This document shows positions 29,324 to 37,930 of a stretch of 64,000 nucleotides of DNA, one piece after another. Numbering within the stretch: position 1 is the first letter of the stretch; each line of letters begins with the position of its first letter. The stretch covers positions 45 through 64,044 of the forward strand of contig CASJPF010000015.1 of assembly GCA_949383255.1 (NCBI GenBank), written 5' to 3'. Below the pieces are notes generated by a model. That model ran no database searches, was not told the origin of the DNA, and worked only from the letters and a program-made list of their open reading frames with translations. The position numbers and the translations under genes were made by a program. Source of the DNA: Lachnospiraceae bacterium. Its GTDB lineage: Bacteria; Bacillota; Clostridia; Lachnospirales; Lachnospiraceae.

Positions 29324-30208
29324 ATGTCTATATTTAAAGGAGCAGGTGTTGCGATTGTCACACCGATGAAACCAGATGGAGAAGTAAATTACGAGGCTTT
29401 TGCAAAGCTAATTGAGTTCCAAATTGCGAACAAGACAGACGCAATTATTGTATGTGGGACGACTGGAGAGGCATCAACACTTACACACGAGGAGCATTTG
29501 GACTGTATTCGTTTTTGTGTGGAAAAGGTTGGCAAGAGAATACCAGTAATTGCAGGAACGGGTTCAAACTGTACAAAGACAGCAATCTATCTTTCTCGGG
29601 AAGCTGAGAAAGCTGGGGCAGATGGATTGCTTCTGGTAACACCTTACTACAACAAGGCAACACAGAATGGTTTGTATGAGCACTTTAAAATGATTGCAGG
29701 ATCTGTAAAGATACCCGTGATTCTATATAATGTACCGGGAAGAACAGGCTGTAATATTGCGCCGGCTACAATTGTGCGCCTTTGCAGAGATGTTGAAAAT
29801 ATTGTTGGTGTAAAGGAAGCGAGTGGAGATATCTCGCAGGTAGCGAAGTTGATGGCAATGGCTGATGGTTGTGTAGATTTGTACTCAGGAAATGACAATC
29901 AGATTGTACCACTTCTTTCTCTTGGTGGAAAAGGGGTTATTTCTGTGCTTTCTAATGTTGCACCAGAACAGACACACAATATCTGTCAGCTTTACTTTGA
30001 TGGAAAGACAGAGGAGAGCTGTAAGGAGCAATTAAGGGCGATTGAGCTTGTTGACGCACTGTTTTGCGAGGTGAATCCAATACCAGTAAAGAAGGCAGTA
30101 AATCTGATTGGTATGGAGGGCGGTGTGCTCAGAAGACCTTTGACAGAGATGGAGCCTGCAAATGTTGAGCGGCTTGAGAAAGCGATGAAAAATTATGGGA
30201 TTTTATAA
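29324..30208 (+). CDS. dapA: 4-hydroxy-tetrahydrodipicolinate synthase
   Basis: GTTGEA, LYNVPGRTG, GVKEASG, NPIPVK. Confidence 0.96.
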   Translation: MSIFKGAGVAIVTPMKPDGEVNYEAFAKLIEFQIANKTDAIIVCGTTGEASTLTHEEHLDCIRFCVEKVGKRIPVIAGTGSNCTKTAIYLSREAEKAGADGLLLVTPYYNKATQNGLYEHFKMIAGSVKIPVILYNVPGRTGCNIAPATIVRLCRDVENIVGVKEASGDISQVAKLMAMADGCVDLYSGNDNQIVPLLSLGGKGVISVLSNVAPEQTHNICQLYFDGKTEESCKEQLRAIELVDALFCEVNPIPVKKAVNLIGMEGGVLRRPLTEMEPANVERLEKAMKNYGIL

Positions 30209-30254
30209 GATAATTGTTGGATGAGAGCAGAATTAAGAAAGGATACGATAAGAG

Positions 30255-31007
30255 ATGACGAAGGTGATAATGCATGGCTGTAATGGAAAAATGGGACAGA
30301 TGATAACTGGAATTATAGCTTCTGATCCTGAGATAGAAATAGTGGCGGGGATCGATACATCAGACCATATAAAAAATGCATATCCCGTGTTTCACAGTAT
30401 TGATGCGTGTGACGTGGCAGCAGATGTTGTGATTGATTTCTGTGTCGCACAGGCAGTTGACGGACTTCTTGACTATTGTGTGGAGCGTCAGATTCCATGT
30501 GTACTCTGTACAACTGGACTTTCTGAGACACAGCTTGCACACGTAGAGGAGGCTTCGCAGAAAGTAGCGATTTTAAAATCTGCCAATATGTCACTAGGAA
30601 TTAATATGTTGTTAAAACTCTTGAAGGAGGTAGCAGAAATATTGGTTCCTGCTGGATTTGATATTGAGATTGTAGAGAAACATCATAATTTAAAGGTGGA
30701 TGCGCCAAGTGGGACGGCACTTGCACTTGCAGATAGTATAAATGAATCTTTTGACAATGAATACGAATATGTTTATGACAGGAGCCAAGTACGAGCAAAA
30801 CGCACAGACAAGGAAATTGGTATTAGCGCGGTGAGAGGCGGCACAATTGTGGGTGATCATGATGTGATTTTTGCAGGTGAGGATGAAGTAATCACTTTTT
30901 CCCATCGGGCATATTCTAAGGCATTGTTTGGGAAAGGTGCTGTTCAGGCGGCAAAATTCCTAAAAGGAAAGCCTGCTGGTAGATATGATATGAAAGATGT
31001 GGTATAA
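30255..31007 (+). CDS. dapB: 4-hydroxy-tetrahydrodipicolinate reductase
   Basis: GCNGKMG, EKHHNLKVDAPSGTAL, RGGTIVGDH. Confidence 0.96.
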   Translation: MTKVIMHGCNGKMGQMITGIIASDPEIEIVAGIDTSDHIKNAYPVFHSIDACDVAADVVIDFCVAQAVDGLLDYCVERQIPCVLCTTGLSETQLAHVEEASQKVAILKSANMSLGINMLLKLLKEVAEILVPAGFDIEIVEKHHNLKVDAPSGTALALADSINESFDNEYEYVYDRSQVRAKRTDKEIGISAVRGGTIVGDHDVIFAGEDEVITFSHRAYSKALFGKGAVQAAKFLKGKPAGRYDMKDVV

Positions 31008-31012
31008 AACAA

Positions 31013-31804
31013 ATGGAGTTTCGGCCGTGTATAGACATTCATAATGGGCAAGTCAAACAGATTGTTGGCAGTTCTTTAATGGATAAGGGAGATCATGCAA
31101 GAGAAAATTTTGTGGCCTCAAAAGACGCTGAATACTATGCGAATTTATACCAGAAAAATGGGATTAAAGGAGGTCATATAATTCTTTTAAATACTGTATC
31201 TAGCCCCTATTATGAAGCGACAAGAAAGCAGGCAATACAAGCGCTTGCGGCGTATCCGTGTGGACTTCAGATTGGCGGCGGTGTCACAGCTGAAAATGCA
31301 AGTGCATATCTGGAAGCAGGAGCTTCCCATGTGATAGTAACTTCCTATGTGTTTCAGAACGGCGAAATAAATATGGCACATTTGGATAAAATCTGTCATG
31401 CTGTAGGAAAAGAACATCTAGTTTTGGATTTGAGCTGTCGCATAAAAAATGGGCAATATTATATTGTGACTGACCGCTGGCAGAAATTTGCAGATGTGAG
31501 TGTAGAAGACAGCACGCTTGATTTGTTGAGAGGATATTGTGATGAATTTCTGATCCATGCTGTGGATGTGGAGGGCAAGAGTCAGGGAATTGAACAGCCA
31601 CTTATCCGACAGCTTGGAGAGTGGTGCAATACAAGGGATAATGCAGTAATTACTTATGCAGGTGGCGTGCACAGTTATGAGGATATTGAACTTTTGAGAG
31701 AACTTGGACACGGGAAAATTAATGTGACAATTGGGAGCGCACTTGATATATTTGGCGGGAAACTTGCTTTTGAAGAAGTAATTAAAAGAATGAAAGCTTC
31801 GTGA
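31013..31804 (+). CDS. hisA: ProFAR isomerase, eukaryote (His6)-like type
   Basis: FRPCIDIHNGQVKQIVG, LQIGGG, LVLDLSCR, EFLIHAVDVEGK, TYAGG. Confidence 0.85.
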   Translation: MEFRPCIDIHNGQVKQIVGSSLMDKGDHARENFVASKDAEYYANLYQKNGIKGGHIILLNTVSSPYYEATRKQAIQALAAYPCGLQIGGGVTAENASAYLEAGASHVIVTSYVFQNGEINMAHLDKICHAVGKEHLVLDLSCRIKNGQYYIVTDRWQKFADVSVEDSTLDLLRGYCDEFLIHAVDVEGKSQGIEQPLIRQLGEWCNTRDNAVITYAGGVHSYEDIELLRELGHGKINVTIGSALDIFGGKLAFEEVIKRMKAS

Positions 31805-31823
31805 GAAAATCACGAAGCTTTTT
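31794..31823. terminator. Bidirectional terminator between hisA and csp
   Basis: AAGCTTCGTGA / TCACGAAGCTT. Confidence 0.7.
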
Positions 31824-31846
31824 GTACAATAAATTTATATGCAATC

Positions 31847-32047
31847 TTATAATTTTGTTACGTTGATTGCCTGAGGCCCTTTTTCACTATTTACAATTTC
31901 GAATGTTACATTAGCGCCCTCGTCAATGGATTTGAAACCGTCCATTACAAGTCCAGAGTAATGTACAAACACATCATTTCCAGCCTCATCAGAGATAAAA
32001 CCGTATCCCTTCTGGTTATTGAACCATTTTACTGTACCTTTGTTCAT
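31847..32047 (-). CDS. Cold-shock protein (CspA family)
   Basis: GTVKWFN..KGYGFI and DVFVHYS (RNP1/RNP2). Confidence 0.96.
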   Translation of the reverse strand: MNKGTVKWFNNQKGYGFISDEAGNDVFVHYSGLVMDGFKSIDEGANVTFEIVNSEKGPQAINVTKL

Positions 32048-32650
32048 GACAGATGCCTGCTACTAAAAAACATACACAAAAGTGTATGTGTTAGATGATT
32101 TGCTACAATCTCACGATTTGTAGTTACTGCTTCAACGTGTATGTGTTGGCAACTACATGTAATGCACTGCTCATATGTTTGTATACACTCCACAGTCGTA
32201 AATTCCCGATGAGATATCGGTACATACTTACAACTTGCTTGACTATGCAATTATGTAAGTTTTCATCTAATTAGCTTTTCCTTTCCTAAATTTTTTGCAT
32301 TTTTTGTCCTTGCTTTTTGAGCTTGACAATTGAAAAACACAAGTTCCAAGTGACATGCACTGCAACAGTAATAGAATATCATAGTGTATTCTAAAAGTAA
32401 AGATATTCTGTTTTTGTTGGATTAATAAAAATCAAATAAGACTACTGTTCATCCCTGTTAGTTATTAATAGAATTTTAAGCATTGTTGGCGTAAATAGCA
32501 ATATTTTTGCACATGTTGGAACTTTCATAACAGTTTAGAAAAGTGGACCTGTTATGAATTTTTTAAAAATTTGGAGAAAGTTTGCAAAAGGGTGTTTATT
32601 TTTAGTATTCTATGATAAAATAATTCAAGTTACATTTTGGTAGACTTTGT

Positions 32651-33391
32651 ATGTCTGTGTTGGAGGACAGAATAGATATGGAAAAGAAGGACAGAGATCA
32701 TTATAAAGTATTAATTGTATTAGATCAAGAAAAAAATTCAACCAAACAATTTTCGGTCAGTTTGGAAGTATTTATTGTATTTTTTGTGGCAATCGCTCTA
32801 GTAATGATTGCCGCATTGGCATATTGTTATCTTTTAATAGAGGAACGAAATGCGTCAAACAGACGTATGAAATCGTTTCAGGTGCAAAATGAGGAACTCG
32901 TGGAGCAAAATACAAGTTTAATCAAAGAAAATAAAGAATTGCAGGAAAAGGTTACAATTCTTAGCGATACAGTAAACAATAAGGTGTATCAAGAGGAAAA
33001 GAGAGAGGCGCAGATGATACAATCTTATATTCCGACAGGATTTCCAATTAAAGGGGCGGCGTCATACAATGAGGAAGAAAAAGAATTGGAGGGAAATCCA
33101 GCCGTAATTTTTCAAGCTTCCGCAGGGACAAGCGTAATCGCCACAGCAAATGGCACTGTCTCCTCAATCGCTGGCAGCGCAGAAGCGGGTTATATTGTAA
33201 TGATTGACCACGGTAACGGATATTATACAGTATACCGAAACAATGCGGAACCACGAGTGAAAGAGGGAGACAGTGTCACTGGTGAGACAACGCTTTTTCA
33301 TATAGAAACTGGGAACGAAACATTAGGTTATCAGATTATTCAGGAAGAGAAGTTTATCGATCCTTTAGACCTTATGGATATTAGCGGCTGA
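32651..33391 (+). CDS. TM + coiled-coil + degenerate M23/LytM domain protein
   Basis: VIATANGTV, VMIDHGNGYYTVY, V.EGDSV and FIDP motifs; the Zn-binding HxH is replaced by TLG. Confidence 0.72.
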   Translation: MSVLEDRIDMEKKDRDHYKVLIVLDQEKNSTKQFSVSLEVFIVFFVAIALVMIAALAYCYLLIEERNASNRRMKSFQVQNEELVEQNTSLIKENKELQEKVTILSDTVNNKVYQEEKREAQMIQSYIPTGFPIKGAASYNEEEKELEGNPAVIFQASAGTSVIATANGTVSSIAGSAEAGYIVMIDHGNGYYTVYRNNAEPRVKEGDSVTGETTLFHIETGNETLGYQIIQEEKFIDPLDLMDISG

Positions 33392-33688
33392 ATTGGATTT
33401 GGCATGGTCGAGACGCTCAAAAATTAGTTCATAACCATCGCTTCCATAGTTTAGGGAACGGTTTACACGGCTGATGGTTGCGGTTGAGGCACCTGTTTTC
33501 TCTGCGATCTCCAAATAAGTTTTATGATCGCGCAACATTGTGGCAACCTCGAATCGCTGGGAGAGCGAGAGCAATTCATTGACAGTACATAAGTCTTCGA
33601 GAAAATTATAACTCTCCTCTTTTGTTTTAAGGCAGAGCAGAGCGTCAATTAAATGATCTACAGCATCCGTTTTTATTTTTTTATTCAT
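33365..33688 (-). CDS. YerC/YecD TrpR-like protein
   Basis: FLEDLCTVNEL..LSQR, TGASTATISRVNRSL.YG. Confidence 0.9.
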   Translation of the reverse strand: MNKKIKTDAVDHLIDALLCLKTKEESYNFLEDLCTVNELLSLSQRFEVATMLRDHKTYLEIAEKTGASTATISRVNRSLNYGSDGYELIFERLDHAKSNSAANIHKV

Positions 33689-33831
33689 GTTTTACCTCCA
33701 TACAACAGATAGCATATGTTTTTATGAAATGCTTTAATACTGTAAAGTTTTACAGTTTTAAATATTGTAACATATTTTAGTATCAATGTAAATGTGCAGA
33801 TAAAAAAGATATGTACTATTACACTGCTATA

Positions 33832-34169
33832 GTTACTGTTCACGGCAATGTTAGTTAAGCAATCCTGATAAACACTAGGTTTAGCAGTACCTTTTATATC
33901 ATTTTTATGTATTTTTTGGTTACCCCTTTCTCAAAATCGAAGGGGTATAACCCCAATTTTAACCAAAACAGTCTGTAAAAAGACTTGAAAAGTCCATAAA
34001 AAGGCATTTTTAAGATGTTTCCTTAACTGACTGACATTGGTTCACGGGCATACAAAAGTAGTGAAAAGCGTGCGATAAAATGCTTGTCTTTTAGCGTTTT
34101 GTGTGTAAAGTTATTGGTTTGCGCTAACAATACCTAAAATTTTGGTAAAAACTGAGGAGTGAAAATAAA
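33832..34169 (+). mobile_element. Degenerate GTTACTGTTCAC-ended element hosting a nested MITE
   Basis: Starts GTTACTGTTCAC; degenerate right end GAGTGAAAATAA; no clear TSD; the internal sequence differs from the other copies. Confidence 0.45.
33846..34039. mobile_element. 194-bp MITE with IS4-like ends
   Basis: Ends CAATGTTAGTTAAG / CTTAACTGACTGACATTG; perfect 8-bp TSD GTTCACGG at 33838-33845 and 34040-34047. Confidence 0.8.
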
Positions 34170-34262
34170 AAAGCATTAAAAGTCTTGATAAGTAGTTTTG
34201 AATACTATATTATAATAATAGTAATATTTTTATGATTATTTATTGGATTTTAAAAGAAAGGC

Positions 34263-34898
34263 ATGGTAAGTCATATGCATATAGACACGAAAGATTTGTT
34301 AAACAGTATTATGGAGAGTTTTGACAGGATTAGTTATGTGAAGTCCTCGGATATTCCAAATATTGATCTTTATATGGATCAGGTGACTACTTTTATGGAT
34401 AAAAATTTTCGCAACACTACCAGATATCCCGGAGATGACAAAATTATGACAAAGACAATGATTAATAATTATGCAAAGAATGATTTGTTACCGCCTCCTG
34501 TCAGAAAAAAATATTCTCGGGAGCATATTCTAATTCTAATTTTTATTTATTATTATAAGGGAATTTTGTCAATCAGTGACATACAGGCATTGTTAGGACC
34601 TATCACAGATAAATTTTTTCATAAAGAGGAAGGGTTTGATATTCAGTCTGTTTATGAGGAGGTTTTTCAGGTTGGATATGACCAGATTGAGGCGCTAAAA
34701 AAGCATGTTGTCGAAGAATATAATTGTGCGATGGGAACTTTTGAAGATGCTCCAGAGGAAAGCAGAGAATTTCTAAAATTGTTTTCTTTTATCTGTTTTT
34801 TAAGTTTTGATGTGTATATGAAAAAGCAATTGATAGAAAAGTTGATTGATACAATTAGAGAAGATGGATTTCCAATGAAAGAGAAGGAAAGAGATTGA
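34263..34898 (+). CDS. DUF1836 family protein
   Basis: IPNIDLYMDQV, MTKTMINNYAK..LLPPP..KKYS. Confidence 0.88.
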   Translation: MVSHMHIDTKDLLNSIMESFDRISYVKSSDIPNIDLYMDQVTTFMDKNFRNTTRYPGDDKIMTKTMINNYAKNDLLPPPVRKKYSREHILILIFIYYYKGILSISDIQALLGPITDKFFHKEEGFDIQSVYEEVFQVGYDQIEALKKHVVEEYNCAMGTFEDAPEESREFLKLFSFICFLSFDVYMKKQLIEKLIDTIREDGFPMKEKERD

Positions 34899-34972
34899 TA
34901 AAGAATTGTTGTAAAAAACTTGAAATTGTCTGACAATAGCATTATAATAGGGAAATAGAGAGGAGGTATTTT

Positions 34973-35344
34973 ATGGGGATAGCAGCAATTTCAGGATTTG
35001 GCAATTATAGAATTTCGTCAATACATGGTAATCCTTACAGTTTGAATGCAATTCAGAAGATTGGGCAGAACAATGATCGTTCTGGTAAGCCGCTTGTTAT
35101 CGCGTCAGAGGACAAAAAGGAAAATTTGTATGTAAAAGATTACGGCGCATTGGAGGCGACGAGAAGTACAGCGAGCGGTGATTTTGCTGAAATGCTTGGC
35201 ATACAGGAGAGTATGCTTTCACAGAAGCAAGAGGTCCAAAAGTCGGATTATGTTTCTTATCTAAACGATACTATCGGGATGATGGGAATGCAAAATCGAT
35301 TGAGAGATCGTCTGAATGGAACAGGGTTTATACCATTTTCTTAA
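34973..35344 (+). CDS. Hypothetical protein
   Basis: 123-aa ORF with strong RBS (AGGAGG), an upstream TATAAT and a downstream terminator-like hairpin. Confidence 0.65.
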   Translation: MGIAAISGFGNYRISSIHGNPYSLNAIQKIGQNNDRSGKPLVIASEDKKENLYVKDYGALEATRSTASGDFAEMLGIQESMLSQKQEVQKSDYVSYLNDTIGMMGMQNRLRDRLNGTGFIPFS

Positions 35345-35465
35345 AAAATCTAAAAAAACACCTGTTAGGGTGTTTTTTTATTGAAAAATGTAGAAAGATA
35401 GTGTATGATTATTCGTGTTTGGTAAAATTTGAAAAGCTGAATTAGTAGTCACGGAGGGGGATTGC

Positions 35466-36353
35466 ATGAAAAGAAATTTGAGTGTTGTTGGCATTAGAAA
35501 AATTGCTGCATTTTTTCTTGCCATATGTTTGTGCATAGGGGTTGTGTTGGAAGGCAGTATGATAGCTGCAGCAGCGGAGGATAGCACTCCAATCTATAAA
35601 ATTATGGTCAATCGAGCAGCAAATTGTGTGACAGTTTATGCGAAAGACAGCAATGGAGAATTTAGTGTTCCAATCAAAGCGTTTGTATGTTCTTGTGGCA
35701 GAGAAGGTCATGAGACACCACTTGGAACATTTAAGACAAGCAATTATTATCAGTGGAGATTAATGGTAGATGGTTCTTATGGGCATTATGCAGTTCGCTT
35801 TAACCGTGGAATTATGTTTCATTCTATACCATATTATACTCAAAATGCAGGGAATATGGAGTGGGAGCAGTTTAATCTCCTTGGAGAGGCGGCATCACTT
35901 GGCTGTGTAAGACTTGCATGTGCAGATGCAAAGTGGATATATGATAATTGTAAGCCGGGTACACAGGTAGTTGTATATGATGATCTTGAGAATCCGGGAC
36001 CGCTAGGGAAGCCGACAGAGTTAAAAATTACAGCGGATAATCCAATGAAAAAATGGGACCCAACGGACACAGACCCTAAAAATCCGTGGAATCAGGTTAG
36101 ACCCACATTGTATCTGACAGATCAAAATACAGACGAAGTACTGCGTTTGCCGGTGGGGGCGTCACAAGAGGATATTTATAAGGCAGTTGGTTTGATAAAT
36201 GCTGCTGGTGATATTTGTGAGCTTGGTCAGTACACGATTAATCTTTCAGGAAGGTATGACTTAAATCAACAGGGAATTTATCATATTTCTGTATGTGGCG
36301 TAGGTTTGTTTGGTGTACGGACAGAGAAAAACATGATGTTGTGTGTAGGATAA
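35466..36353 (+). CDS. Secreted L,D-transpeptidase (YkuD family)
   Basis: Signal peptide; TPLGTF, IMFHS...LG..ASLGCVRL catalytic motif. Confidence 0.88.
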   Translation: MKRNLSVVGIRKIAAFFLAICLCIGVVLEGSMIAAAAEDSTPIYKIMVNRAANCVTVYAKDSNGEFSVPIKAFVCSCGREGHETPLGTFKTSNYYQWRLMVDGSYGHYAVRFNRGIMFHSIPYYTQNAGNMEWEQFNLLGEAASLGCVRLACADAKWIYDNCKPGTQVVVYDDLENPGPLGKPTELKITADNPMKKWDPTDTDPKNPWNQVRPTLYLTDQNTDEVLRLPVGASQEDIYKAVGLINAAGDICELGQYTINLSGRYDLNQQGIYHISVCGVGLFGVRTEKNMMLCVG

Positions 36354-36434
36354 GAGGACAGAAAGCACTGTCCTTTTTTCTACATACATAGATACACAAG
36401 TAGGGAAGGCTCTCCCTGCTTGTGTGTATGTTTT

Positions 36435-37472
36435 TTATTTTGCTTGTTCTGCAAAATTACGGGTTACTAAATCTTTATATGGTATATAGTCTTCGAGCTC
36501 TCCTGCTTCCATTAGAATATTTTGCAATAGAATAAAGCTTTCCTCTGTAAAAATCAGGTCTTTTTTCCATGTATCTTGTGTCTGATAACGAGTCACAATT
36601 GTAGTGATTGTATTAAGTTCTGTTTCGGGAAACTGAGGTTTGATAACGGTTGCTATTTCATTGGCAGAATGACTTGCAACATAATCTATTCCTTTTTGAA
36701 GTGCTTTAGTGAAGGAGAGCAAAACATCGGGATTTTCTTCAATATAGCTCTTTCTAGCACTGAATGCAGTGTAGGGGATATAGCCAGAGTCAACGCCAAG
36801 AGAAGCGACAATATAGCCTTTTTGTTGTGTTTCTAAGGAGGTGGCGTGAGGCTCAAATTCAACAGTGAAGTCCGCGTATCCAGCATCACCTTCCTTTGCG
36901 CCTGCAAAAGCTGCGGCAGTGGATCCAAAATCAATGCTTGTGTCAATAGTGAGATCAGTGTCTGGATTCATTTGATTCATTTTGAGAATATACTCAAAGA
37001 CCATTTGTGGCATACCACCTTTGCGTCCGCCAAGGACATAAGTGCCTTTTAGCATGTTCCAGTTGAAATTGTCAATCGGAGTACGACTTACAAGGAAATT
37101 GCCAGCGCGCTGAGTCAGTTGTGCAAAATTTACTGCGTAATCCTGAGCACCTTGTAGATAGGTATAGATAGATGCTTCACTGCCCATAAAACCGATATCA
37201 GCCTCGCCGGTGAGTAGTGCTGTCATGGTTTTGTCTGCACCATATCCAGTGATCAGTTCAAGATCAATGCCTTCTGCTGCGAAATATCCTTCCTCGATGG
37301 CAACGTACATAGGAGCATAGAAAATAGAGTGCGCAACTTCATTTAATATGACTTTTTTTGTCTGCCCAGAGGATTCTGTTTTCCGACTGCATCCGCTTAT
37401 CAGTGTGGAAATAATCAAGACGATTGTCAAAAGTATTGAGAGTGATTTAAACTTTTTCATAGGAATCCCCAA
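36435..37472 (-). CDS. NMT1/SsuA-like ABC substrate-binding lipoprotein
   Basis: Lipobox ISGC; EVAHSIFYAPMYVA, GGRKGGMP. Confidence 0.85.
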   Translation of the reverse strand: MGIPMKKFKSLSILLTIVLIISTLISGCSRKTESSGQTKKVILNEVAHSIFYAPMYVAIEEGYFAAEGIDLELITGYGADKTMTALLTGEADIGFMGSEASIYTYLQGAQDYAVNFAQLTQRAGNFLVSRTPIDNFNWNMLKGTYVLGGRKGGMPQMVFEYILKMNQMNPDTDLTIDTSIDFGSTAAAFAGAKEGDAGYADFTVEFEPHATSLETQQKGYIVASLGVDSGYIPYTAFSARKSYIEENPDVLLSFTKALQKGIDYVASHSANEIATVIKPQFPETELNTITTIVTRYQTQDTWKKDLIFTEESFILLQNILMEAGELEDYIPYKDLVTRNFAEQAK

Positions 37473-37930
37473 AAATTGTTTTCATTATTATATGCTGAAA
37501 AGTAAATAAGGGTGATTGTGGGAGGACACTGAAACAATATGACCCTAGTCCTACTAATTATAGTACAATGTTTTTCAGATAACTATATTTTAGAAATGCA
37601 GTATTTATCAGTGTTTCTGAATAATATAGTCAAGTTAATTAGCCAACGCTGTACTAGATGGGAAGGTAAGGCTATAAAACGAACAGTTGCCAAAGCATCA
37701 ATTTTTTGTTATACTCACGGTAAATGAAATTTGCTTTGAGCATTGCGCCAGTCGCGACTGCAAGGTAGTATATGTCCTTATTTGGTTACAACTAAGTTTG
37801 ATTCAAGAACAATGAATTAGGAATCCAAGTGATTTTAGAAAATAGGCAGTTTATATAAGAGGATTTCAACAGTGTTGTTTTATAGTACTTTATTTTTATA
37901 AAAAGGGTTTGTTAGGAGAGGATTAAAAAG

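Noticed and set aside
32050-32400. Structured ncRNA upstream of the cold-shock gene (repeated GTGTATGTGTT, small hairpins)
   Set aside because: Long csp leaders are expected, and I could not define a specific fold or boundaries.
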